Source: a bacterium (GTDB taxonomy: Bacteria; RBG-13-61-14; DATKZS01). Taken from it: a stretch of DNA of 39,066 nt. The stretch's first letter is position 1. Each line of letters opens with the position of its first letter. The notes under the pieces were generated by a model that did no database searches, was not told the DNA's origin, and saw nothing but the letters and a program-made list of their open reading frames with translations. The stretch lies in assembly GCA_046484135.1 (NCBI GenBank), contig JAWOBU010000214.1, forward strand, positions 1-39,066, written 5' to 3'. Shown one piece after another: positions 17,365 through 27,109 of this stretch. Position numbers and translations under genes: made by a program.

Positions 17365-18984
17365 ATGAAAAAACGAAACCATTCCCGGTCCCGGCCCGTT
17401 ATGACGCTCGCGGCAGTAGCGGCGCTTACTCTTGCCTTTCTCGTACTGCTCCGCCTGTTCCCGCACGAGCTCGGAAGCACCGCCGAGTATGAATGGCCGG
17501 TGTTGTTCCACGGCGAGCTTTCGCGACTTCCGGCGGCCGTTCTTATCACCCTGTTGTGTGCGGGCGTGCTGGCGTTTCCGGCAACGGAGTCTCATGCGTT
17601 ACTGCGGAAGAAAGCGGGCCGGTTAAGGTTACTTGCCGCGCTTTTTCTTCTGGGAGCCGGGCTTCAGTTGGGGCCTGCTGCCGTGCATGAGCAGGGGCTG
17701 CTGGAGTATCCCCTCCGGGTCTACCTTCCCGGCCATACCTCTTACTTTGCGGACGCGGCCCGTGTAGAAGACGCTGAAAAGTGGCTCGACGATTTCCTGC
17801 CGCGGTTTGAAAAGCTCTCGGCCATACTTGAAGAGGTCAAGGCCCGGCAAGCGTCCGGCAACGAAGTAAAAGAGCTCTGGCAGAAAGCGGACCGGATACT
17901 CCATACCCACAGCCGCACTCATCCGCCCGGCGCGGTCATGGCCTTTTACGCCGCGCAGGAGCTCGCCCGGAGCTCGCCCGGCTTCACCGGGTACTACCTC
18001 AACTCGGCGCCCCGCAGCAGGGAAGCGGCGCAAAGGTTCGGGCTAGATGCGGCAGAGGTAGCCGCGGGCGGTGTTTCGGCGTTCGTACTGTTTCTCCTGG
18101 CCGCGGGGTGTGTGCCCCTGGCTTTTGCCATCGCCCGCCTGGTGCTTAAAGAAGAGCAGGCTTTACTGGCGGCCGGGCTTTTCGCGACCGCTCCCGCTTT
18201 CAGCCATAAAACACCGGTGCTCGACCATGCCCTGGCGTTTTTTATCCTGTTATGCCTATGGCTTTTCATGAGCGGGCTCTTTACCGGGAAATGGTGGAAG
18301 CCGGTTATTGCCGGAATCATTGCCGGCCTGGCTTTATGGATCGGCACTTCGGTTGTGGCGCTGTTCCCCTTGTGCGCGCTGTTCGCGGCCGCCTGGTTTG
18401 TAAAGAGCGGCAGGCAGGAGAACCATGGAACCGGGATTAGCGGGAAGAAGGCGGGCGTCAATGCGCTGTCGGCTTTCTTTATCCTGTCGGCTGTTGCCGC
18501 GGCGGTTTGCCTTGGGCTGGGGATTGTGCTGGACTTGAGCTACATAAAGGTCTACCAGGCGGTAAGCCGGACCGGCTGGAACCTCAACAACCTGGCCTCG
18601 AACAGAGAGAACGTGCCGCTCTGGATGGTCTTCAACGTGTACGAGATGCTGGCCTTTGCCGGCGTGCCCATGGCCTTCTTCTTCCTGGCTTCTACAGGAA
18701 AAAGCATTACAGATGTTTTCAAAAAACGCGGCAGCGAAACAGCGCCCTGGGTTCTAGCCATTATCGTCTTTCTTTTGGCGCTCGACCTCTCCGGCAAGGT
18801 CTGTTATGAAGCGTCCCGACTGGCGTGGTTTGGCTTTCCGCTTATGGCTATAGCAGCGGCGCAACTGATTCCAGCTCAAACAGAAGATACCAACGGCAAC
18901 AACCGGAGAACCATGACTCTGTTCATAGCAGCTCTCCTCGCACTCCAGGCCGCCTGCGCCATTACCTTCCGGATGATCTATTAA
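17365..18984 (+). CDS. Polytopic membrane protein, probable GT-C fold glycosyltransferase
   Basis: More than 10 hydrophobic segments, an extracytoplasmic loop with Y..D and HSRTHPPG, C-terminal EASRLAW. Confidence 0.55.
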   Translation: MKKRNHSRSRPVMTLAAVAALTLAFLVLLRLFPHELGSTAEYEWPVLFHGELSRLPAAVLITLLCAGVLAFPATESHALLRKKAGRLRLLAALFLLGAGLQLGPAAVHEQGLLEYPLRVYLPGHTSYFADAARVEDAEKWLDDFLPRFEKLSAILEEVKARQASGNEVKELWQKADRILHTHSRTHPPGAVMAFYAAQELARSSPGFTGYYLNSAPRSREAAQRFGLDAAEVAAGGVSAFVLFLLAAGCVPLAFAIARLVLKEEQALLAAGLFATAPAFSHKTPVLDHALAFFILLCLWLFMSGLFTGKWWKPVIAGIIAGLALWIGTSVVALFPLCALFAAAWFVKSGRQENHGTGISGKKAGVNALSAFFILSAVAAAVCLGLGIVLDLSYIKVYQAVSRTGWNLNNLASNRENVPLWMVFNVYEMLAFAGVPMAFFFLASTGKSITDVFKKRGSETAPWVLAIIVFLLALDLSGKVCYEASRLAWFGFPLMAIAAAQLIPAQTEDTNGNNRRTMTLFIAALLALQAACAITFRMIY

Positions 18985-18990
18985 GAAGCG

Positions 18991-20049
18991 CTACTTTTTA
19001 TAGGTCTCCTCGACCACGTCGGCCATGCACTCGGCGAACTTCTCCGGCTCTTCCAGGTTGGGCGAGTGGGCGGAGCTCTCGAACCAGACCAGGGACTTGC
19101 CCGCGGGAGCCTCCAATTTTCGATAGTACTCCTTTACAAGCTCCCACGGGGTGTTGTAGTCGTGCCTGCCGTGCATGAAGTAGACCGGGACCTCGATCCG
19201 GGGCACCTGTTCGATAAGGTTGTAAGTCAAGACCTCGTCCCACATGTAACGGATGGAGTAAAAGGTCCCGAGCTGGTACCTGACAAGATCGAGCGCGGTG
19301 TACTCGGGCGCGGAGAGGGAGGCCCGGATGAACCGGTTGTAGTTGTCCGGATCATGGGTGGCGCCGCCGTACTTTCTAAGGTAGGTCCGCTGGACCACGA
19401 GCTCGTTCAGGCTGTCGTAGGGAGGCGGCCCGATGGCTTCGAGCTGCATCTTGCCGAGCCGGTCGTTCCTTTCCCGGGCCTCGTTCACGACGTACTCGTA
19501 GGATATCTCTTCATTACGTTTCAGGTCCACCGCCTGGCCGATGCCCACGTAAGCATGGTAGAGCTCCGGCCTCCGCGACACCGTCAACGAACCTAAAAGG
19601 CTGCCCCAGGAGTGGCCCGCTATATAAATCCTGTCCTCGGAAAAGCGGCGGCGTAAATAATCGGTAAGCTCGATGGCGTCGGAGATGAAATTCTCCACGT
19701 TCATGGACTCGCTGGGAACGGACGCGGAAAAGGACTTGCCCGCGCCCCGCTGGTCCCAGTGAACCAGCACAAAGCTCTCTTCCAGCCACCCGCCGAACTC
19801 GTGGTTGGTGGGCATTTCCGGCGAGCCGGGCCCGCCGTGCAAAAAAAGGAGCACCGGGTTGTCCGCGTCCGCGCCGCGCAAGAGGACCCACTGCTCCACT
19901 CCTCCGAGCTCGACCTCTTCCAGGGAAGCCACGCTTTGCGGAGTATCTATCTTGGGCGTCTTCGCCGCGCAAGAGACGGCGAAGAGAATCGCAAACACTG
20001 CCGGCAGAAACCCAACAGTCCTCGCTTTCGTAAGACGAGCTTTTACCAT
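18991..20049 (-). CDS. Alpha/beta hydrolase (proline iminopeptidase-like), possible lipoprotein
   Basis: LHGGPG, WDQRGAGKS, GHSWG nucleophile elbow, GRHD, SAH; AVS-C lipobox. Confidence 0.85.
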   Translation of the reverse strand: MVKARLTKARTVGFLPAVFAILFAVSCAAKTPKIDTPQSVASLEEVELGGVEQWVLLRGADADNPVLLFLHGGPGSPEMPTNHEFGGWLEESFVLVHWDQRGAGKSFSASVPSESMNVENFISDAIELTDYLRRRFSEDRIYIAGHSWGSLLGSLTVSRRPELYHAYVGIGQAVDLKRNEEISYEYVVNEARERNDRLGKMQLEAIGPPPYDSLNELVVQRTYLRKYGGATHDPDNYNRFIRASLSAPEYTALDLVRYQLGTFYSIRYMWDEVLTYNLIEQVPRIEVPVYFMHGRHDYNTPWELVKEYYRKLEAPAGKSLVWFESSAHSPNLEEPEKFAECMADVVEETYKK

Positions 20050-20090
20050 GTGCTCTTCTCTCTTTCCCGGCTTGTTGAATTCGGTCCGCC

Positions 20091-21173
20091 TCAGTAAGCG
20101 CCGAACTCGCGGGCCGCCTTGACCAGGGCGATGTAGTTCTCCGGCTTGACGCCCGGGTGGATCGAGTTGGACGAGCTTATGATGTAGCCGCCGCCGGGCG
20201 CCGCGGCTTCAATGGTCTCCTTTACGTTTTGACGGACCTCGTCCGGTCCCTCGAACACCAAAAGATAGCTGCAATCAATGTTGCCGAGAAGACAAACACT
20301 GTCGCCGAACTTCTTCTTGGTCTCCGCGATGTCCATGTTCTGCGGCTGGATGGGATGGATGCCGTCCGCGCCCGCTTCGATAAGAGATGGAATCAGGGAA
20401 GTAAGGTCCCCGTCGCTGTGCTTTATGACCTTGCCGCCCAGCTCGTGTACGCGCTTCATGATCTCGGCGTGATAGGGCATGATGAACTCCCGGTAATGGG
20501 TCGGGCTCATGAGCGGTCCTGCGTTAAAGGCGAGATCGCCGTCCAGGACAAAGAAATCCGCTCCCCTTTTCATGCCCGTCTCGACGGCTTCGAGCACCAT
20601 GTCCGTTGCCAGCCGGGCAACGTCGTGGGCGAAGCCGGGGTCCAGGATGTAGTCCATGAGCAGCTTCTCCATGCTGCCGCGCAACGACCACGAGTACTTG
20701 AACGTGGCCGCCATGTGAAAAGCCACCGCTTTGTCCGGAAAAGCGTTTCTCATCACGTCCAGGATCATGAAGTCCGGCTCCTCCGGCTTTCTCAGCTTGA
20801 AGCCCTTGAGGTCGGACTTCTCCCGGATGGGACCGTCCACCGGCATGGGCTCGCCCACCTCGCTGAGATGATAGGTTACGCCCAGCCCGTCTTTCATGTG
20901 GTTTTCGTCCAGCCTCTCCCGGGGAGGAAGCCACATAGCGGTAACCCCGTCCAGGTCGAGCTCACGCAGGATGGCAACCAGCGCGCCCACCGTCTTGATC
21001 CGCTCCTCGTCCGTCATGTCCATGACCGACTTGTCCGGCGGAAGCCGGTCCTCCTCCATGAAGTGGCGGGCGATGCCCAGTATGGACGGCTCGTTGAACG
21101 CAAGCTCCCAGATGGGCACCGTGTCGGGCACTCCCCTCGAAAGCGCGGTCATGAATCTTTCCTTGTTATTCAT
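20091..21173 (-). CDS. Uroporphyrinogen decarboxylase superfamily protein (URO-D/methyltransferase-like)
   Basis: MNNKERF...PD, LRGSME, KHSDG, LLGNID, GGGYIISSSNSIH, PEN. Confidence 0.85.
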   Translation of the reverse strand: MNNKERFMTALSRGVPDTVPIWELAFNEPSILGIARHFMEEDRLPPDKSVMDMTDEERIKTVGALVAILRELDLDGVTAMWLPPRERLDENHMKDGLGVTYHLSEVGEPMPVDGPIREKSDLKGFKLRKPEEPDFMILDVMRNAFPDKAVAFHMAATFKYSWSLRGSMEKLLMDYILDPGFAHDVARLATDMVLEAVETGMKRGADFFVLDGDLAFNAGPLMSPTHYREFIMPYHAEIMKRVHELGGKVIKHSDGDLTSLIPSLIEAGADGIHPIQPQNMDIAETKKKFGDSVCLLGNIDCSYLLVFEGPDEVRQNVKETIEAAAPGGGYIISSSNSIHPGVKPENYIALVKAAREFGAY

Positions 21174-21247
21174 TCTTTTTTCCTTCCTTTACAAAAGTAT
21201 CTGGTTTGTAAAACGTACTTTATCATTTTATCCTGGCTTTGATTTTC

Positions 21248-22561
21248 ATGAAAGAAGGACCTCAGAGCAGCCTTTCCGGAGGAAACAAAGACGGCACCTT
21301 TACCGCGGGCAGACGCTCGCACATGATCCTTGCGGTCTTGTTTCTTATCTACATGTCGGACTACGCGGACCGGATGGTGGTCGCCGGCATCATTGATTAT
21401 ATAAAGAGGGACTGGCACATCAGCGACGCACAGGCCGGCTGGCTCATGAGCATAGTCCTGATCTTCATCACGGTGTTTTCCGTTCCCGCCTCTGTGTTGG
21501 TGGATCGGTGGAGCCGCCGCAAGATGGTGGCGATCATGACTTTTATCTGGAGCCTGGCCACCCTGGCCTGCAAGTTCGCCACCGGCTACTGGCAGCTTCT
21601 CGCGGCCCGCGCTTTTATCGGGCTCGGCGAAGCCGGCTACGCCTCGGGAGGCACCGCGCTCCTTTCCGGCGCATATCCTGAAAGCAAGCGGTCCATGGTC
21701 CTCGGCATCTTCAACGCGTCCATCCCGGTGGGGATCGGCATCGGCATGGCCTTCGGCGGGATCATCGCCAGAAACTGGGGCTGGCAGAACGCCTTCGGCC
21801 TGGTGGCCATACCAGGCATGGCCCTGGCCATCATCGCCTGGTTCCTGCCGGATTACAAAAGCGTGCACCAGGAAAGCGGCAAGTACCGGGAGGTCTCGGT
21901 CTCTAATGTTATAGCAGACGTTAAGAACCTCTTACGGGTACCTTCTCTCACTTTAACCTATGTGGCCTTTGCCATGAACGTGTCCTGCACCACCGCCATC
22001 GCCACCTGGCTGCCCATGTACTTCGAACGGACCGGCCTGGCCGACTCCGGCGGAGGCGGAGCATTGGCCACCTTGGTGATGGGCATGATCATTGTGGGAG
22101 CCCCGTTGGGGGGTTTCCTGGCCGACCGGTGGCAGAAGCGGCGAGACAACGCCCGCATGGTCTTTCCCGCCCTGACCTCCTTTGCCGCGGCGTCCATACT
22201 GGTGATCGCCTTCAGCCTGCCGGGCGAGTTTGTCCAGCTTCCGCTGCTTACAGTCTACGGCATCCTGGTGACCTGCTTTATCGCGCCCGCGCTGGCCATA
22301 ACCCAGGACGTGGTCCATCCGGGCATGCGCGGACTTTCCATGGGCATGTGCGTGCTTCTTCAACACGTGCTCGGAGACATCTGGTCGCCTCCCTTGATCG
22401 GCGCACTCTCTGACATCCTGAACCTGCAGATGGCGGTCATGTTCATACCGCTCTACGGCCTGGTTGCCGCAGCCCTGTTTTACGCGGGCGCAAAGTTCTA
22501 CGTAAGGGACTTCTCCCACGTGGAAAGGGTAGCCCTGGAGGCGGAGAAACCGTCCGCCTGA
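21248..22561 (+). CDS. MFS transporter, spinster-like
   Basis: DYADRM, ISDAQAG, DRWSRRK motif A, ARAFIGLGEA; 12 TMs. Confidence 0.85.
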   Translation: MKEGPQSSLSGGNKDGTFTAGRRSHMILAVLFLIYMSDYADRMVVAGIIDYIKRDWHISDAQAGWLMSIVLIFITVFSVPASVLVDRWSRRKMVAIMTFIWSLATLACKFATGYWQLLAARAFIGLGEAGYASGGTALLSGAYPESKRSMVLGIFNASIPVGIGIGMAFGGIIARNWGWQNAFGLVAIPGMALAIIAWFLPDYKSVHQESGKYREVSVSNVIADVKNLLRVPSLTLTYVAFAMNVSCTTAIATWLPMYFERTGLADSGGGGALATLVMGMIIVGAPLGGFLADRWQKRRDNARMVFPALTSFAAASILVIAFSLPGEFVQLPLLTVYGILVTCFIAPALAITQDVVHPGMRGLSMGMCVLLQHVLGDIWSPPLIGALSDILNLQMAVMFIPLYGLVAAALFYAGAKFYVRDFSHVERVALEAEKPSA

Positions 22562-22816
22562 TGTTTATAATGCGCCTTTCTTAAATTTGGGAGGGCTTCT
22601 TCATGCCTGGTTGTTTCGGGTCCGGCTATGCTTCGCTCGAGAGGTTCAGGCCCGGTTATTGCAAATTCAAAAACATTTTGTTAAGGTGATGATAAAGATA
22701 ATAGGAAACAAACCTTCTGAGAGGGCACTCTTTAAGCTTTCCTTTTCTTTAAATTTTTCTGCGAAGCAAGTCAAGTCAGAAATGAATAGCCAATTCGGTT
22801 AAGATGTTAATAAGCC

Positions 22817-22845
22817 TTGACCATCGAGCTGTTAATTATTAGACT
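22817..22845 (+). promoter_or_regulatory. Putative sigma70 promoter of the hrcA-grpE-dnaK-dnaJ operon
   Basis: TTGACC-17 bp-TAGACT. Confidence 0.6.
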
Positions 22846-22919
22846 AGAAGACATAAACAGAGGAGCTGAGGGGGGGAACTTTTCTTCTCTTTCCCCAGGG
22901 GAAGGGAAAAAGGGGAGAT

Positions 22920-23942
22920 ATGAATCTCGCTTCCAGAAAAGAACAGATTCTGACCTCGATAATCGAGGAGTACGTCCGGACCGCCCAGCCGGTGGGTTCC
23001 AGTTGTGTATCCAGAAAAGGGGTCAAAGCGAGCCCGGCCACCATCCGGCACGAGATGGCAGAGCTGGAGTCGTTGCACTTTCTGGAGCAGCCCTATACCT
23101 CGGCGGGCCGGGTTCCTACCGAGCAGGGGTTCCGTTACTACGTGGACCGGATAGTGGACCGGCTTCAGCCGCTCCAGGACGACAGGGACCGTCTGGGAAG
23201 CCTTTATTACGAGGACGCGGACCCGGAAGACCTGATATCGCGCACCGCGGAGATACTCTCCGAGCTTTCGAGGCAGATCGGCGTTATCATGGTCATACCC
23301 ACGGAAAGGAAGACCCTGCGGGGCCTGCGGATCAGCAAGGTCCCGGGCAAGCGCCTCCGGGTGACCTTCGAGTTCGTGAGCGGCTCGGCCCAGGAGAGGT
23401 TGATAGAGGACGAGTGGGACCTGGACCCGTCGGCCTTGACCAGGCTCAACAACATGGTCTCGCGGCTGGCACACGGCAAGACGCTCTTGTCGCTCCGGCG
23501 GGAGCTGATCCGCCAGATGGAGGACACCAGGGCCAAGGCCGACCGGATCGTGGCGGGCGCCGTGCAGATGAGCGCGCGGCTTCTCGAGCACGAGCGGCCC
23601 GAGCTCTACGTGCGGGGACAGGCCAACCTTTTCGATCTTCCCGAGTTCGCCGAGGTCGGCAGGTTGAAGGACATGATAAAAGCACTGGAAGAGAAAGCCA
23701 TTGTGGTCGAGCTCCTGGAGAAGGCATCCCTGGCCGCGGGCGCCCGGGTCATCATCGGAGAAGAGTCGGACGTCTCTTCTTTGCAGACCTGTTCCATTAT
23801 CACGAGCTCCTACGGAAGAGGGGAGATGCCCGCCGGGACCCTGGGAGTCATCGGCCCTATAAGGATGAACTATAGAAGGCTGATACCACTGGTAAGGTAC
23901 ACCTCCGAGCTCATATCCGAGAACCTTTCCCGAATGGAGTGA
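22920..23942 (+). CDS. hrcA: Heat-inducible transcription repressor
   Basis: EEYVRTAQPVGS, SPATIR, TSAGRVPT, FRYYVD, GTLGVIGPIRMNY; first gene of the dnaK operon. Confidence 0.93.
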   Translation: MNLASRKEQILTSIIEEYVRTAQPVGSSCVSRKGVKASPATIRHEMAELESLHFLEQPYTSAGRVPTEQGFRYYVDRIVDRLQPLQDDRDRLGSLYYEDADPEDLISRTAEILSELSRQIGVIMVIPTERKTLRGLRISKVPGKRLRVTFEFVSGSAQERLIEDEWDLDPSALTRLNNMVSRLAHGKTLLSLRRELIRQMEDTRAKADRIVAGAVQMSARLLEHERPELYVRGQANLFDLPEFAEVGRLKDMIKALEEKAIVVELLEKASLAAGARVIIGEESDVSSLQTCSIITSSYGRGEMPAGTLGVIGPIRMNYRRLIPLVRYTSELISENLSRME

Positions 23943-23978
23943 AAGCTTTATATCTGGACAAAAGGGGCTTTATTAAAG

Positions 23979-25073
23979 ATGACGGACCAGCACGATAAAC
24001 CAAAACCGGAAGACGATTCCGCTCCTCCCGACACCGGAGAGGAAGAGAAGACCACCGGCTCGTCGGAGGAGCAAGAGGAAGAAGTCCGCAAGCTGGAGAT
24101 GTCGGAAGAGCTCCGGGCGGCCCTGGAGGAAGCGGAGAACAGCCTCCGGCAAGCCGAGCGGCAAAGCCCGGAGCAGGAGTCTCAGGAATCGTCGGAGGGG
24201 CAAGAGCCTCCGGAGCGGGAACAGGAGCAGGCGGCCGCGGAAGCTGATAAAGACAAAGAGGCTGAAGCCGGCGGGGATGAGCCGGACATAGAGATCGAAC
24301 AAGAGGAGTTCGATCCCAACAAGGTGGACGAGTACCAGGAAGAGCCCGCTCCCCCGCCTCCGAGCCAGGCGGAGACGGAGCTTAAGATGCAGGTGCTCGA
24401 GCTCCGGCAGAAGCTCCGGGACAAGGAGGCCGAGCTCGAGCAGAAGCTCAAGGAGATGAAGCAGAACGCGGAGCAGGTCCGCCATCTCCAGAAACAGTTC
24501 GAGAGCTACAAGGCGCGGACGAACAAGGAAAAGTCGGACTGGTTCAACTACGGGCACGAGCCGATTTTAAAGGAGCTGCTTTCGGTAAAGGACAACCTGG
24601 AGCGGGCGGTACACCACGCCGGTGAATCCATGGAGGTGGAATCGCTGCGGCAAGGCGTGGAGCTTACCCTCCGCCAGTTAAGGTCTGTCCTGGAGAAGTT
24701 CGGCGTGTCCGACATAGAATCCGAAGGAGAGCCTTTCAACCCGGAGTACCACCAGGCCATGATGCAGGTAGAGGACGACTCGGTGCCGAGCGGCACGGTA
24801 GTGGAGGAACACCAGAAGGGCTACCTGTTGAAGGACCGGCTTTTGAGGCCCTCCATGGTGAGCGTGTCCAAGCGGCCGGAAGCTTCAAAAGAGGCGGAAA
24901 AGGAAGAGCAACCTTCGTCAGATGCTCCGGCGGTCGGCCAAGAGAGCGACACCGAGGCTCCAGCCGAGGGGCCGGCAGGACAGGAGTCTGCCGCGGGAAG
25001 TCCCGCCCCCGACTCCGCGAAAAAGAACGGCGGTCCGTCCGGGGAGGCAGACAGTTCCGGTGAGGAGAAATAG
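23979..25073 (+). CDS. grpE: Nucleotide exchange factor GrpE with long acidic extensions
   Basis: ELLSVKDNLERA, GEPFNPEYHQAM, QKGYLLKDRLLRPSMVSV; lies between hrcA and dnaK. Confidence 0.92.
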   Translation: MTDQHDKPKPEDDSAPPDTGEEEKTTGSSEEQEEEVRKLEMSEELRAALEEAENSLRQAERQSPEQESQESSEGQEPPEREQEQAAAEADKDKEAEAGGDEPDIEIEQEEFDPNKVDEYQEEPAPPPPSQAETELKMQVLELRQKLRDKEAELEQKLKEMKQNAEQVRHLQKQFESYKARTNKEKSDWFNYGHEPILKELLSVKDNLERAVHHAGESMEVESLRQGVELTLRQLRSVLEKFGVSDIESEGEPFNPEYHQAMMQVEDDSVPSGTVVEEHQKGYLLKDRLLRPSMVSVSKRPEASKEAEKEEQPSSDAPAVGQESDTEAPAEGPAGQESAAGSPAPDSAKKNGGPSGEADSSGEEK

Positions 25074-25167
25074 GGGCGGGTACGGCTTTAAGAGTTTGTT
25101 ATTACCGAGCCCTTGCTGTAGTAAGCCGCGGAGACGGAAGGCCAGATACTTATAAGGAGAACTATTT

Positions 25168-27012
25168 ATGGGGAAGGTTATCGGCATAGACCTTGGCACA
25201 ACCAACTCCTGCGTGGTGGTGGTGGAAGGGGGGGAGCCGGTGGTGATACCCAACTCGGAAGGCAGCCGCACCACTCCCAGCATGGTTGCTTTTACGGAGA
25301 GCGGAGAGAGGCTGGTGGGCCAGATAGCGAAGCGACAGGCGGTCACCAACCCCTCCCAGACCGTGTTCGCGGTAAAACGCTTGATCGGCCGCAAGTACGA
25401 GTCCCCGGAAATCCAGGAGGCCATGAAACGGCTTTCTTTCCAAATCAGCGCGGCCAAGAACGGGGACGCCTGGGTGGAGATAGACGGCCACTCGCTTTCT
25501 CCGCAGGAGCTCAGCGGCATGATCGTGAAGAGGATGAAGGAGACCGCGGAGGACTACCTGGGCGAAGAGGTTTCGGAAGCCATAATAACCGTGCCCGCTT
25601 ACTTCAACGACTCCCAGCGGCAGGCCACCAAGGACAGCGGCAAGATAGCGGGCGTCGAGGTTCTCCGTATCATAAACGAGCCCACCGCCGCGGCGCTCGC
25701 TTATGGAATGGAGAGGGGAGCGGGCGAGAAGATAGCGGTTTTCGACCTGGGCGGAGGCACTTTTGATATCTCCATACTCGAGCTGGGAGACGGGGTGTTC
25801 GAGGTCCTCTCAACCAACGGCGACACCTACCTGGGAGGAGAAGACTTTGACGCCCGGGTGGTCGAGTTCCTGGTTGACCACTTCAAGGAAGAGACGGGGA
25901 TAGACCTGAACAACGATAAAATGGCGCTCCAGAGGCTCAAGGAAGCGGCGGAGAAAGCCAAGTGCGAGCTGTCTCCCTCCATGGAAACCGACGTGAACCT
26001 GCCCTTTATCACCGCGGACCAGTCCGGTCCCAAACACCTGAACGCAAGGATAACCAGGGCCCAGTTGGAAGAGCTGGTGGATGACCTGGTCGAAAAAGTG
26101 GAAGGCCCGTGCCACACCGCGCTCGAGGATGCCGCGCTTTCGCCGGCTGACATAAACGAGGTCATACTGGTCGGCGGCATGACCAGGATGCCGAAGATCA
26201 GAGAGAAGGTGGAGGAGATTTTCCAGCGGGACTCCCACGCCGGTGTGAACCCGGACGAGGTGGTGGCCATCGGCGCGGCCATCCAGGGCGCAATCATCAA
26301 GGGCGAAGTAAAGGACGTGCTCCTTCTCGACGTTACTCCCCTCTCGCTCGGAGTCGAGACCAAGGGCGGGGTCTTCACCAAGATCATTCCTAAAAACACC
26401 ACCGTGCCCTGCAAAAAAAGCATGATCTTTTCCACCGCGGCGGACAACCAGCCGTCCGTGAACATCCACGTCTTGCAGGGCGAGCGCGAGATGGCCAAGG
26501 ACAACAAGACCCTGGGAAGGTTCGAGCTGGTGGGAATTCCGCCCGCGCCCCGCGGAGTGCCCCAGATCGAGGTCACCTTCGAGATTGACACCAACGGCAT
26601 CGTGCACGTGTCCGCCCGCGACCTGGGCACCGGCAAGGAGCACTCCATCCGGATCACCGCGGGTGCGGGTCTTTCGGACGAAGACATCGAGAAGATCATC
26701 CGGGAGGCCCAGGAGTACGAAGAGGACGACCGCAGGATAAGGGAGATGGTCGAGCTCAAGAACCAGGGGGAAGGACTGATTTACACCACCGAGCAGTCGC
26801 TGGAGGAGTTCGGCGACCACCTGGAAGCAGAGGACCAGAAGCTGATCCAGCAGCGGATTGACGCCCTCCGCGACGTGCTGGACTCCGAGGACAAGGACAA
26901 GCTCCAGCAGGCGGTGGACGATCTCAGCAACGCCGCCCACAAGCTGGCCGAGGCCATCTACTCCCAGGCGGCAGCCGAGTACGGCGGAGGCCAGGAATCC
27001 GCGGAAGAATAA
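25168..27012 (+). CDS. dnaK: Chaperone DnaK (Hsp70)
   Basis: [39 protein letters not shown]. Confidence 0.98.
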   Translation: MGKVIGIDLGTTNSCVVVVEGGEPVVIPNSEGSRTTPSMVAFTESGERLVGQIAKRQAVTNPSQTVFAVKRLIGRKYESPEIQEAMKRLSFQISAAKNGDAWVEIDGHSLSPQELSGMIVKRMKETAEDYLGEEVSEAIITVPAYFNDSQRQATKDSGKIAGVEVLRIINEPTAAALAYGMERGAGEKIAVFDLGGGTFDISILELGDGVFEVLSTNGDTYLGGEDFDARVVEFLVDHFKEETGIDLNNDKMALQRLKEAAEKAKCELSPSMETDVNLPFITADQSGPKHLNARITRAQLEELVDDLVEKVEGPCHTALEDAALSPADINEVILVGGMTRMPKIREKVEEIFQRDSHAGVNPDEVVAIGAAIQGAIIKGEVKDVLLLDVTPLSLGVETKGGVFTKIIPKNTTVPCKKSMIFSTAADNQPSVNIHVLQGEREMAKDNKTLGRFELVGIPPAPRGVPQIEVTFEIDTNGIVHVSARDLGTGKEHSIRITAGAGLSDEDIEKIIREAQEYEEDDRRIREMVELKNQGEGLIYTTEQSLEEFGDHLEAEDQKLIQQRIDALRDVLDSEDKDKLQQAVDDLSNAAHKLAEAIYSQAAAEYGGGQESAEE

Positions 27013-27042
27013 GGTTAAGGCAAAACTGAAATGACGCCTGTT

Positions 27043-27064
27043 GTGCGAGCGACTTTAGTCGTGA
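27043..27064 (+). repeat. REP-like palindrome
   Basis: GTGCGAGCGACTTTAGTCGTGA; same family as the copies at 14097, 31999 and 36001. Confidence 0.75.
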
Positions 27065-27109
27065 TTGATTATTTTTTGTGTAAAAAGGCGGAGGAGGTAG
27101 TTGTAACAG

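Noticed and set aside
17233..17595. N-terminal 120-aa extension of the NnrU ORF in the ORF track
   Set aside because: It overlaps the divergent membrane-protein gene; a strong AAGGAGG RBS supports ATG 17232.
22724..22748. CIRCE element
   Set aside because: Only the GGCACTC half is present; there is no GAGTGC nine bases later.
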